Positions 29,309 to 37,641 of a DNA stretch of 64,000 nt are shown here, piece after piece (the stretch's first letter is position 1; each line of letters begins with the position of its first letter). The notes under the pieces were generated by a model, which did no database searches, was not told the DNA's origin, and saw nothing but the letters and a program-made list of their open reading frames with translations. Source of the stretch: a virus; the IMG/VR virus record IMGVR_UViG_3300035181_001203, positions 48,654 through 112,653 of that record. One strand, written 5' to 3'. The translations under genes were made by a program, and so were the position numbers.

Positions 29309-29706
29309 GGCTCAATTCCTTTTAGTAACCAATCCATTGCTGGATCCATATAATTAGCATGTGTAAATGTTGATATATACCTACAATTTTTATTTATTCC
29401 ACCAGCATTAATTAAAGCTCTATTTAGTTCACTTAATTTTGCACTAGAATCATAAATTATAGCACTTCTATTTAATCCACGGCCAACTAGATAAGCATTT
29501 GCTATCGCCATTAGCTTAGCAGTATCACCACAAATATGTTCAATATTAATTAAATTTAATAGTAGCCCAAAATTCTTAGGTAATTTTTTTGTAATATTAT
29601 TTATAAATTCTTCTGGAATTGCTTCTAGGTCATGACGACAAATACGACCATGAAATTCAATACTTAATCCCCATTTATTTATATCTATTTTATAATTTTT
29701 ATTCAT
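29305..29706 (-). CDS. STAS/SpoIIAA-like protein
   Basis: IEFHGRI...FGLLLNL...GLNRSAII...AMDWL pattern. Confidence 0.45.
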   Translation of the reverse strand: MNKNYKIDINKWGLSIEFHGRICRHDLEAIPEEFINNITKKLPKNFGLLLNLINIEHICGDTAKLMAIANAYLVGRGLNRSAIIYDSSAKLSELNRALINAGGINKNCRYISTFTHANYMDPAMDWLLKGIEP

Positions 29707-30410
29707 GTTAATCCTCTATTATTTTTAGAAAGATATTCAGGATCAACAGAAATTCCTTTATAAGTAATTTTATTTAATTCACCATTAAGATCAATTAGAG
29801 TTTTCTTTGCATCTGATATTGTCCAGTTAATAACAACAACAACATAATCAAAAATTATTTTAGTTTTAATTGTATTATTTGTATATATATCATCATCGCA
29901 TACATCGTTAATAACATTATATAATTGTCTTATATGATCTGAATTCCAGTAATTAAATCTATCAATTACAACTTGTGGAATTTTTTGATCTAATGCTTTT
30001 GCTTCATATCTTCTTACAATTTCATTGATACATTCTAGCATTCTTGTATGATATGCTGTTGGAGTTAATTTTTCTAGATCACCTTTTTTTAGAAAATTTT
30101 CAAACGAATGTCTAATTGATGATAATTTAAAAATTAAAAAATCTTTAAAAATTGCATCACGAAGTCTTTCTGGAATATATAAATTTTGAATTTCATAACT
30201 TAAATATGTTTTCAAACTATAGAACATATGATGATCTATTAAATCTTTCTGTTTTATTATTATACTTCTCCTTGGTTTTTTTATTTTTATCCATAAATAT
30301 TTGAAAATTAATATATTTGCAAAAACAAAAGTTATCAAAAGTACATAAACTATAATATCATACATTGTATGCCAACTTAAAAAATCAATAATTAATTTTG
30401 TTAATTCCAT
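29703..30410 (-). CDS. Single-pass membrane protein (possible lysis regulator)
   Basis: N-terminal TM then soluble helical domain; next to holin/spanin-like genes. Confidence 0.45.
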   Translation of the reverse strand: MELTKLIIDFLSWHTMYDIIVYVLLITFVFANILIFKYLWIKIKKPRRSIIIKQKDLIDHHMFYSLKTYLSYEIQNLYIPERLRDAIFKDFLIFKLSSIRHSFENFLKKGDLEKLTPTAYHTRMLECINEIVRRYEAKALDQKIPQVVIDRFNYWNSDHIRQLYNVINDVCDDDIYTNNTIKTKIIFDYVVVVINWTISDAKKTLIDLNGELNKITYKGISVDPEYLSKNNRGLT

Positions 30411-30411
30411 T

Positions 30412-31179
30412 TTAATGATTCCTTGATCTATCTAATACATAATAAGTTATTGCGCCAGCTATAAATGACCCAACAATTTTATAAACAGTTTTTTTATTTT
30501 CAATTACTAATGTTTTTTGTAAATTTTTGATTTCTTGATCTGAAATTTTATCTTTATCCTTTAATGAAACTATAAGTACGTCTTGATTATTCTGTATATT
30601 TTTAAGATCTTGTATAAGAGAATCTTTTAGTCCCATTCCTTCTCTTAAAGCAAAATTTGACTTAAGAAGTATATTATTATTCTCTGTAAGAATAGGCCCA
30701 TTTACGTGCCAATTTTCTGCATCATAAACGAGATTATAGGTAGTAGGAGCAGTTAATAAAAATTTATTCTCAGGTGTAAATTCAACTTGTTTATCATTAT
30801 ACATTGCATATATTTTTTCTTTTACTTGTTCAGCATTTTTAGCCATTTCAATATGTTGTGTTTTTTGTAAATTATCTACTTGCTTATTAAGTACGGCTAT
30901 TTGAGCGTCCTTAACTATAACTAACTTTTCTTTATCTAATGCATTTTTCTTGATATCCGCAATAATTGATTCTTGTGCTTTTATTTGCACATCCTTTAAA
31001 TTTCTATCTTTTTCAAGTAATTGATAATTTGCATTCAAATTTTGTAATTTTTTATTAATATAATATCCATAAGTACCAGCAACTATTACTATAAAGGCAA
31101 CTATTACAATTCCATACTCATAAATTTTATTTTTAATTTTAAAGAAGACTTCAATTAGTCCTGTCATAATTATGTCCAC
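30412..31179 (-). CDS. Spanin-like membrane-anchored coiled-coil protein
   Basis: N-terminal TM, long coiled coil, C-terminal hydrophobic helix. Confidence 0.45.
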   Translation of the reverse strand: MDIIMTGLIEVFFKIKNKIYEYGIVIVAFIVIVAGTYGYYINKKLQNLNANYQLLEKDRNLKDVQIKAQESIIADIKKNALDKEKLVIVKDAQIAVLNKQVDNLQKTQHIEMAKNAEQVKEKIYAMYNDKQVEFTPENKFLLTAPTTYNLVYDAENWHVNGPILTENNNILLKSNFALREGMGLKDSLIQDLKNIQNNQDVLIVSLKDKDKISDQEIKNLQKTLVIENKKTVYKIVGSFIAGAITYYVLDRSRNH

Positions 31180-31565
31180 TAGGCAACTGGCGTATTTCCT
31201 GATTGATTAGAAGCAAATTTTAACTCATTAATTTTATTAACAACAGCCTGTAAACCACTGATTCCCATTCCACTACCCATCAGTACTAGAACTTCCCCTG
31301 GAATTTTTATTTCGCGTAAAGTAGTAACACAAATCAAAATAAAACCACCAATACCCCAAACCAAATTATTTATTCTAGTATGCGAATAAGCTCCATCGTT
31401 CCCAGTTAAAGCTTTATCTAATCGAGATATTATTCCTAAAAATATATTATTGATTAATCCTAAAAATTTTTCAAAATATATTCTTCCGGCACTAATATAT
31501 CCGGTGATCAATCCAATTAACAGATAAGCAACACAATATATGTATATACGCATAATTCCTCTCAT
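31179..31565 (-). CDS. Holin-like multi-pass membrane protein
   Basis: About 3 TM segments; SHTRI..LVW motif. Confidence 0.45.
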   Translation of the reverse strand: MRGIMRIYIYCVAYLLIGLITGYISAGRIYFEKFLGLINNIFLGIISRLDKALTGNDGAYSHTRINNLVWGIGGFILICVTTLREIKIPGEVLVLMGSGMGISGLQAVVNKINELKFASNQSGNTPVA

Positions 31566-31584
31566 TAAAATAGTATCATAGTTT

Positions 31585-31614
31585 AAGCAAAAATGCTATG
31601 AGTTTTGTTATAAT
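31585..31614 (+). promoter_or_regulatory. Promoter AAGCAA-N18-TATAAT
   Basis: Promoter family member followed by leader hairpin GATTAGCAAAT/ATTTGTTAATC. Confidence 0.7.
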
Positions 31615-31729
31615 CTATATAAGGAAGGATTAGCAAATTTTATTTGTTAATCTAAATCCTATAAAAAGGAGGAGTTATGTAATAAAAATTTTTTTAGAAG
31701 AGTAATAAAGAATAAAAAAGGAGGAAAGT

Positions 31730-31795
31730 ATGAAACCTTTCAGTCCACAAATTCCGTGGCATCCTTTTGAACCACCACCAAAGAAAAACTTTTAA
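31730..31795 (+). CDS. Pro-rich 21 aa micro-ORF
   Basis: AAAGGAGG RBS; MKPFSPQIPWHPFEPPPKKNF*. Confidence 0.4.
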   Translation: MKPFSPQIPWHPFEPPPKKNF

Positions 31796-32027
31796 AACTA
31801 CATTATCCAAAATGGATACGAATGTGGGATTTACGTTTAGTAAAAATAATTAAGAAAAACAAAGTAACATAAAGCATTGGCGCTATTTCTGATAGGAATT
31901 TTTCTTTAGAATCAATTTCATTAGCAAAATTTCAACAAAAATTAATCTTATACAAACATATATTTTTAGGAGTCCAATTGTAACATACGATCTAGATAAT
32001 CATAAAATTTATTAACTAGGAGTATTT

Positions 32028-32255
32028 ATGAATGCTATTCATGATTTAATTGATAAAGATCCTTTTTTTGTTTATACAGAAATTTACAATATGCGTCATA
32101 TTACAATTCGTCTTAAGCTTAAGATTATATCAGCATGTTTAAATGATCAGAAAAATATTTTCTTACATAAAATAGATTATAAAACTAGAAATTCAAAAAT
32201 TTATGACGCTGCTGAGTCTTTAGATAGAGTGATTTTGAAAAATAAAAAAGTATAG
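32028..32255 (+). CDS. Hypothetical protein
   Basis: AGGAG RBS. Confidence 0.5.
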   Translation: MNAIHDLIDKDPFFVYTEIYNMRHITIRLKLKIISACLNDQKNIFLHKIDYKTRNSKIYDAAESLDRVILKNKKV

Positions 32256-32303
32256 ACTCCCATGAAAGATGTGCTACAATAATAGCACAGAGGGAGTTAT
32301 GAA

Positions 32304-32480
32304 ATGGAACCATCTAAAATATGCCGTAGGAAGTTTATAACCTGTAGAGTATCTAAAGAAGAGAAAGAAATTATTGATAGCAATGCGTTGAAATCTGGTA
32401 AAGATATATCAACGTTTGTTAGAGATAGGCTTCTTCTTACGGACAAAGAATTTTTAAAAGAGTTGCTACAAAAAGCGTAA
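32304..32480 (+). CDS. Ribbon-helix-helix DNA-binding protein (58 aa, missed by the track)
   Basis: RRKFITCRVSKEEKEIIDSNALKSGKDISTFVRDRLL; GGGAG RBS. Confidence 0.7.
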   Translation: MEPSKICRRKFITCRVSKEEKEIIDSNALKSGKDISTFVRDRLLLTDKEFLKELLQKA

Positions 32481-32557
32481 GTAGATTCGCTATATAGAAA
32501 TATCTACATTACACGAATCATGTTATAAGCATGATTCTATAAGCTATGAGGCTTATT

Positions 32558-33007
32558 ATGTCAATGAATAAAATCATCATTCATGGATTTCTTGGACAAG
32601 ATCCAAAAACTAAGACTTTGGCAGACGGAAAAATCGTCTGCCAGTTTTCGGTTGCCACCACAGAGAATTGGAAGAATCAGGCTGGCGAAAAGCAAAGCAA
32701 GACTGAGTGGCACAACGTGGTGGCGTGGGGCAAGCAAGCCGAAGTTATTGGAAAGTCCTTTGTTAAAGGACAAGAAATTATTGTTGAAGGAAAAATGGAA
32801 TATAAGAAAGATAAGCAGGATGAAAAGAAGATTTGGCCTACCATCAGGCTTATTAATTTTGATTTTTGCGGAAAGAAAGGATCTAGTTCAAGCGGTTATG
32901 TTCCTGATTCTAGTGATAGTGGTCCTGATTATGGAAGCGATAATCATGATCATGGATCATCGTCAATTTCCACTCCATCAAATGATGATGATGATATCCC
33001 ATTTTGA
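32558..33007 (+). CDS. ssb: Single-stranded DNA-binding protein
   Basis: MNKIIIHGFLGQDP, TEWHNVVAWGKQAE, acidic tail DDDDIPF. Confidence 0.95.
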   Translation: MSMNKIIIHGFLGQDPKTKTLADGKIVCQFSVATTENWKNQAGEKQSKTEWHNVVAWGKQAEVIGKSFVKGQEIIVEGKMEYKKDKQDEKKIWPTIRLINFDFCGKKGSSSSGYVPDSSDSGPDYGSDNHDHGSSSISTPSNDDDDIPF

Positions 33008-33023
33008 AGTAATTAATTAACTG

Positions 33024-33053
33024 AAAACGCCCCCGGTTAAGGGGGCGTTTTTT
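33024..33053 (+). terminator. Rho-independent terminator
   Basis: AAAACGCCCCC/GGGGGCGTTTT. Confidence 0.8.
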
Positions 33054-33067
33054 ATTTTGGAGTTCCT

Positions 33068-33700
33068 ATGAATACCTCTTGGTATAACACCAGGGCAGGT
33101 AGAGAATGGCGTATCTTAATGCAAGATATGACAAATGTTTTCCCTGGAAACAACAACAAATACATTGAATCTTTTGCTACATTAATTGGAGCTTTTTGTG
33201 GCATTAGTCCTAACGTTATTCTTGGATGGATTGTTGATGGAAAAATACCATCTATTGATAACCTACAAAAGACATTAGACATATTTGTTGAAAGAATGAA
33301 ATACCGTCCACGAACTATGGAATTAATCATTGAATCTACTCGTCATTTCAAGAAGGAAATAAGAGAACAGCCTTATCTTGAAGATAAGATTGAACGTTTG
33401 AATAAATATCTTAGAAAGAATACTCTTTTATTGGATCGTCTTGTTGAAAAGTATTGTGATCCTCCAATTTTAATTACAGCTAGAATTACTGCTTTTAATA
33501 GTAATACAAATAAATATCATGTTCATTTTTATAATTTTAAAAAAAGTAATACAGCTTTCATGAGAGAAAGAATCAATACTTATAATCAAATTAAAAATCT
33601 TATTGAAAGTACTTCAGTCCGTGATCAAGTTGCAGGACATATTAAAAATAAGAACTTTGTCATTAACCTAGATCTTGAAAATTCTATAAAGGAAAAATAA
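33068..33700 (+). CDS. Hypothetical protein with possible N-terminal HTH
   Basis: GAFCGISPNVILGWIVDGKIP. Confidence 0.5.
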   Translation: MNTSWYNTRAGREWRILMQDMTNVFPGNNNKYIESFATLIGAFCGISPNVILGWIVDGKIPSIDNLQKTLDIFVERMKYRPRTMELIIESTRHFKKEIREQPYLEDKIERLNKYLRKNTLLLDRLVEKYCDPPILITARITAFNSNTNKYHVHFYNFKKSNTAFMRERINTYNQIKNLIESTSVRDQVAGHIKNKNFVINLDLENSIKEK

Positions 33701-33703
33701 CAA

Positions 33704-34072
33704 ATGGATATTAATCTTGCGACTTCTTTAATTAATGATAGAAAGTTAATTTTCTCATATATTCGCAATCCTACAACTAACAAAAAAGTTGGAATGTTAG
33801 TTGCATGGAAAGCTGAAGAGGTTGTACAAATCTCTTATAGTCTAGTAAATCCAGGGGATAAATTTGATAGGATGCAGGGTATTCTTGAAGCATCCAATAA
33901 GATTTTTGATGACTCATATCTATTATCAGAAAATAAGATAGTTCAGATTGATCATGAGCTTACACTTAGTTTTCTTAGAAGAACTATTCAATATTTTAAA
34001 ACATCAAATATTTGTATTCATCTTCCAATTTTAAAAAGGATTTCTCATGCTAAAGCTTCATCCGAGTCTTGA
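33704..34072 (+). CDS. Hypothetical phage protein
   Basis: YSLVNPGDKFDR motif; AAGGA RBS. Confidence 0.5.
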   Translation: MDINLATSLINDRKLIFSYIRNPTTNKKVGMLVAWKAEEVVQISYSLVNPGDKFDRMQGILEASNKIFDDSYLLSENKIVQIDHELTLSFLRRTIQYFKTSNICIHLPILKRISHAKASSES

Positions 34073-34406
34073 GAAATTCCTTAATAATAATTATAAATAC
34101 TCTAGGGTTCTAATTTCAGCTATAGAAATTAAAGGAATTTTACATCTTCTCGTACCATCACAGTGTCCTTGCTGTGATGGTATGGGAAAGTATCTTTGCG
34201 AATCTATGAGGGATCATGTTTTTACACAAGAAGATCTTCAGAAAGATCCAAATTTTCATGAAGATATGATTCGAGGAAAATATGATGTTCCTTGCGAAGT
34301 TTGTATGGCTGAAGGCTATGTAATGACATTGGCACATGATGAAATAAATAAAGATTTGTTAAATGGCTGGCATAGACAAATTCAAATAGAAATGGGAGAA
34401 TTATGA
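34047..34406 (+). CDS. Zinc-finger protein
   Basis: CPCCDGMG...YDVPCEVC..G. Confidence 0.55.
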   Translation: MLKLHPSLEKFLNNNYKYSRVLISAIEIKGILHLLVPSQCPCCDGMGKYLCESMRDHVFTQEDLQKDPNFHEDMIRGKYDVPCEVCMAEGYVMTLAHDEINKDLLNGWHRQIQIEMGEL

Positions 34407-35350
34407 CTTCAATTATTTTTCATTCTAGCTGCCCTGATGGAATCGTCGCAAAAGAAATGATGCGATCTTCTGCGGATCTTTTGAACTATATCTCGATTGA
34501 ATGTGTCCCTTTTCAATATGGAGGAAAAATTGCAGATCGTCATTTAAATTTTCAAAGTATTTGGGTAGATTGCTGCCCTGAAGATGAGGAAGACTTTTAC
34601 AATGGTCTTACTCATGGCTGCATCTATATTGATCACCATGAAACAGTAAAAACCAAGTTTCAGAAATGGTATTCTAAGTTTCCTGAGCAACTTATTTTTG
34701 GCGAAACTGCATTTGGAAATAGTGGATCAAGTTTAACCTACGATTATCTCATTAAGCAGTTCCGTAAAGAAAACGTTGACAATAGAGATATCAAGGATTT
34801 TGATGAAATCTACCTTGATATTAAGAAACTTGTCGCATTAGCTGATACTTGGCAAGTTGATCATAAGGATTTCAAAAAGGCTCGGGCAATGTCATCACTT
34901 ATTGCTACGGTTGGTAATGAAATTGATATTCCTAAATGTCATCATGGTCTTTTGAACATGGCTCTTGCCTTTGAAAAGAATAAGCAACAGCAAGATGCTC
35001 GTAAAGCTGAAAATATTCATCTTCATGCTATTGGCAATTTGAATGTTGCGATTCTGAACGATAACCATATTTCAGATATTGCAGAAATTCTTAGAAATAG
35101 AGAAGAAAATCACGCTGACTTAATTGTTGGCTTTTTTTATGTCCCTGATGGGGATACTTTTAAAGTAGTTTATTCATTGCGATCAAATGATGTATTTGAT
35201 TGCAGTAAATATGCTAAATCAAACAACGGTGGCGGTCATGTTAAAGCTGCTGGTTTTTCAGTCAGAATTGGATATACTGATACTATATTTGATCCAATTA
35301 ATTATTTCAAAACTAATCTTTCAACATATTTAAAAGAGACTCTATCCTAA
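34403..35350 (+). CDS. DHH/DHHA1-family phosphoesterase
   Basis: IFHSSCPDG, WVD, YIDHH, YSLRS, GGGHVKAAGF. Confidence 0.9.
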   Translation: MTSIIFHSSCPDGIVAKEMMRSSADLLNYISIECVPFQYGGKIADRHLNFQSIWVDCCPEDEEDFYNGLTHGCIYIDHHETVKTKFQKWYSKFPEQLIFGETAFGNSGSSLTYDYLIKQFRKENVDNRDIKDFDEIYLDIKKLVALADTWQVDHKDFKKARAMSSLIATVGNEIDIPKCHHGLLNMALAFEKNKQQQDARKAENIHLHAIGNLNVAILNDNHISDIAEILRNREENHADLIVGFFYVPDGDTFKVVYSLRSNDVFDCSKYAKSNNGGGHVKAAGFSVRIGYTDTIFDPINYFKTNLSTYLKETLS

Positions 35351-35464
35351 AAAGGAAATGTATTGAACTTTTAGAATCTGTGGGACAAGAAACAAATCAA
35401 TTAGTCTTGCGTCATTACGGCGACAAGACAATCTCTTAAACCAGCGCAATAGGGGAAATCTAAT

Positions 35465-35737
35465 ATGCAGATTTCTAGTTTAGATGCAGAAAAATTTATT
35501 AAAAATATTATGCATAGCAATAGTTTTACGACAAAGCAAATTCTAAAGATCTTGGCTACTTCAGCAGATGAATTAGAATTTCCATTTCCCTATGAACAAA
35601 TTATGATGAGTCCAACTAGTCGTAAGGATAGTTTTATACTTTATATTAAAAACGACTCATCTAAAACAGGGGATTTAAAACTGAAAAAGCTGGTTAAAGA
35701 GATACTTGAAGAGAATAATCATCCAATTTTCATCTAA
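35465..35737 (+). CDS. Hypothetical protein
   Basis: 90 aa ORF ending at a hairpin. Confidence 0.5.
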   Translation: MQISSLDAEKFIKNIMHSNSFTTKQILKILATSADELEFPFPYEQIMMSPTSRKDSFILYIKNDSSKTGDLKLKKLVKEILEENNHPIFI

Positions 35738-35769
35738 ACTATTGGCTCCCGAAAGGGAGCCAATAGTTT
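35736..35769 (+). terminator. 15-bp GAAA-capped hairpin (terminator)
   Basis: AAACTATTGGCTCCC-GAAA-GGGAGCCAATAGTTT. Confidence 0.75.
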
Positions 35770-35773
35770 AGCT

Positions 35774-35803
35774 ATGCAATTTATTGTATTTATTTGTTAT
35801 AAT
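35774..35803 (+). promoter_or_regulatory. Promoter ATGCAA-N18-TATAAT
   Basis: Promoter family member. Confidence 0.75.
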
Positions 35804-35809
35804 ATATAT

Positions 35810-36052
35810 GAAGAACGGTTTAGGGAATAACCGGCCTTGATTCCTGCGTTCTCAGGAATAAAGAAATTGGGTTATTGACCCAAAGGGTCAACCTAATTCC
35901 CTATAGAGTAGGCGATCTCTATAAATCCTAAAAAGGAAAAAAAGACGCAGCTTGGATTAGGCGAGTGGGATAGCTGATCACAAGTAGTTAGACGGGAACC
36001 ACCGACCCGGCCAATGGCGAAGTTTTATAAAGCGGTGTCCCATTTTTCTTTT
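35810..36052 (+). ncRNA. Putative ~240 nt structured non-coding RNA
   Basis: Own promoter, no credible ORF, GC-rich, several stems, ends in GGGA..CACCG/CGGTGTCCC + U-tract. Confidence 0.55.
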
Positions 36053-36101
36053 AAAAAAAAGGATTAGCATTTTTTTAACCTTTTATATCTCGGGAGATAA
36101 A

Positions 36102-36548
36102 ATGGAACGTCAAACTATTATAATGTTCGATCTTGAACAAACGATTATAGATAGCTGGAATTCTGGTTGTCCACTATTTAAGAAAATAACATTTATGAAT
36201 AATTATATAAATCAGTTATCATTAGATAGCATAAAATTTGGTATCTTTTCATTTGCAATTGATCTCGAACATGAAAAACAAGAGGGAATTAATTTAGCAT
36301 CACATATAAATCGTAATATTGATCCTAAGTTTGTTACTTGCTGGAAAGAATTAGAAGATCTTTGTAAATTTAAGACTGATTCATTACAAAAATGGGAAAT
36401 TGTAAATCTATTTGGAAAAGATGGTATGTTTCTTCTTTGGAGTAATCAATTTCCTGATTTTGATTTTATTCTTTTTGATGATGCTCTCAATTTTAAAAAA
36501 CAAATTATTCAACGTGATGGGCAGACAATCACTATGATAAGAGTTTAG
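36102..36548 (+). CDS. HAD-superfamily-like protein
   Basis: IMFDLEQT...FSFA...GK...ILFDD. Confidence 0.55.
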   Translation: MERQTIIMFDLEQTIIDSWNSGCPLFKKITFMNNYINQLSLDSIKFGIFSFAIDLEHEKQEGINLASHINRNIDPKFVTCWKELEDLCKFKTDSLQKWEIVNLFGKDGMFLLWSNQFPDFDFILFDDALNFKKQIIQRDGQTITMIRV

Positions 36549-36706
36549 GAGTTTTTTATGAAAAGAATTAATTTTTTTACCAACATAAAAAATCAAGAAA
36601 ACTTTAATTGTTGGTTAAAAGTAATCAATAGTTTTGTAATAAATATTTAATTCAATATTGTATGATTTATGGATATTTTATTTTTAAAAGGCCAAAGCAA
36701 TAAATA

Positions 36707-36736
36707 ATGCAAAACAACCTATCTCTTTGTTATAAT
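36707..36736 (+). promoter_or_regulatory. Promoter ATGCAA-N18-TATAAT
   Basis: Promoter family member; leader nearly identical to 24975-25011. Confidence 0.8.
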
Positions 36737-36780
36737 ATATATGGTGGAGAGAATAGGCTTTCTACCATTATGGAGGGGAC

Positions 36781-36972
36781 ATGCACTCTCGCGCTAAGAC
36801 ATGGTGCATCGCCGGGAACGGTGTGGTCTTTGAGGTGGTGAACCTCAAGGGCTTCATCAACATGACCTTCCCCACCCTAAAAATGGGGGGATTTGTGCCG
36901 CGATTTCGCGGCACAAGCAGTACATTCTCCCGAACGGCTTTGTCGTTCGGGAGAAGAAGAATGGCTGAATAA
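36781..36972 (+). CDS. 63 aa cassette protein, partial paralogue of 25055-25378
   Basis: GGAGG RBS; EVVNLKGF vs EVVSLKEF. Confidence 0.55.
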   Translation: MHSRAKTWCIAGNGVVFEVVNLKGFINMTFPTLKMGGFVPRFRGTSSTFSRTALSFGRRRMAE

Positions 36973-36994
36973 GCCATTTTTTTAACTATTACAT

Positions 36995-37024
36995 TTGCAA
37001 AATACTATATTTATTTGTTATAAT
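36995..37024 (+). promoter_or_regulatory. Promoter TTGCAA-N18-TATAAT
   Basis: Promoter family member. Confidence 0.8.
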
Positions 37025-37068
37025 ATATATGGAAAGGCTTATCTTTCCCAACCTTCATGGAGCCAAAA

Positions 37069-37461
37069 ATGGCTATTTTGAATACTATCCAACATCCCCT
37101 CACCGAAGTTCAGATATCCCAACTCGAAATGCTGGGCGAGCAAGAAACTATTATACATTTAAGGAATTCCAACCCCGAGCTTTTTAATCATATTGCAAAC
37201 TCTCCAGCCGATGAGTATTTACTCACGTTATTAGCCGATAAGTTGGTACAAGTGGTGATTAACGAAGGTTTCAGTAGTGTGATCCTTCCACTGGGATCAC
37301 CAGCCTTCATGTTTGAACTTGGCAAGATTATTGGAAAGCGTGGGCTTAACCATAAAAACTTCTTTGCTCATACGGAAAGGAGGTCAACTGAGGAAGTGCA
37401 GGATGATGGATCGGTAAAGAAAGTCTCGCTGTTTGAGCATGTAAAATGGCTGAGGCTGTAA
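37069..37461 (+). CDS. Csx20-like putative cyclic-oligoadenylate ring nuclease
   Basis: QHPLTEVQ at N-terminus and AHTERRSTEEVQDDGSVKKVSLFEHVKW at C-terminus; GGAG RBS before ATG 37069. Confidence 0.55.
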   Translation: MAILNTIQHPLTEVQISQLEMLGEQETIIHLRNSNPELFNHIANSPADEYLLTLLADKLVQVVINEGFSSVILPLGSPAFMFELGKIIGKRGLNHKNFFAHTERRSTEEVQDDGSVKKVSLFEHVKWLRL

Positions 37462-37463
37462 GC

Positions 37464-37489
37464 AACAGGGGCGCAAGCCCCTTTGTTTT
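37464..37489 (+). terminator. Rho-independent terminator
   Basis: AGGGGC-GCAA-GCCCCT + T-rich tail. Confidence 0.8.
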
Positions 37490-37493
37490 AGCT

Positions 37494-37523
37494 CTGCAAA
37501 AGACTTTTATATTATGTTATAAT
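37494..37523 (+). promoter_or_regulatory. Promoter CTGCAA-N18-TATAAT
   Basis: Promoter family member followed by a structured ~110 nt leader. Confidence 0.75.
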
Positions 37524-37641
37524 ATATATGGAGAAGGATTAGCTACCTTCCTAGTTTCGGCTCTCGATTAGCGAGGGATTTAGGCCATTCATTTCGCCTA
37601 CCGAAAAAAAGAAATGATAACCATCCCAAAAGGGAGGAAGT

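Noticed and set aside
32583-33020. 145 aa alternative-frame ORF over ssb (and similar nested ORFs in dnaE, SNF2 and structural genes)
   Set aside because: Overlap well-supported genes, with no RBS or motif
35940-36045. tRNA or tmRNA
   Set aside because: No T-loop (TTCRA), cloverleaf or CCA end recognisable
24987-37542. Leaderless micro-ORFs from the ATG right after each TATAAT-ATAT (MVERIVFL.., MVERIGFL.., MERLIF..)
   Set aside because: ATG is only 4 nt from the -10 box, so probably upstream of or at the start site; lengths are inconsistent and the similarity follows from the shared hairpin
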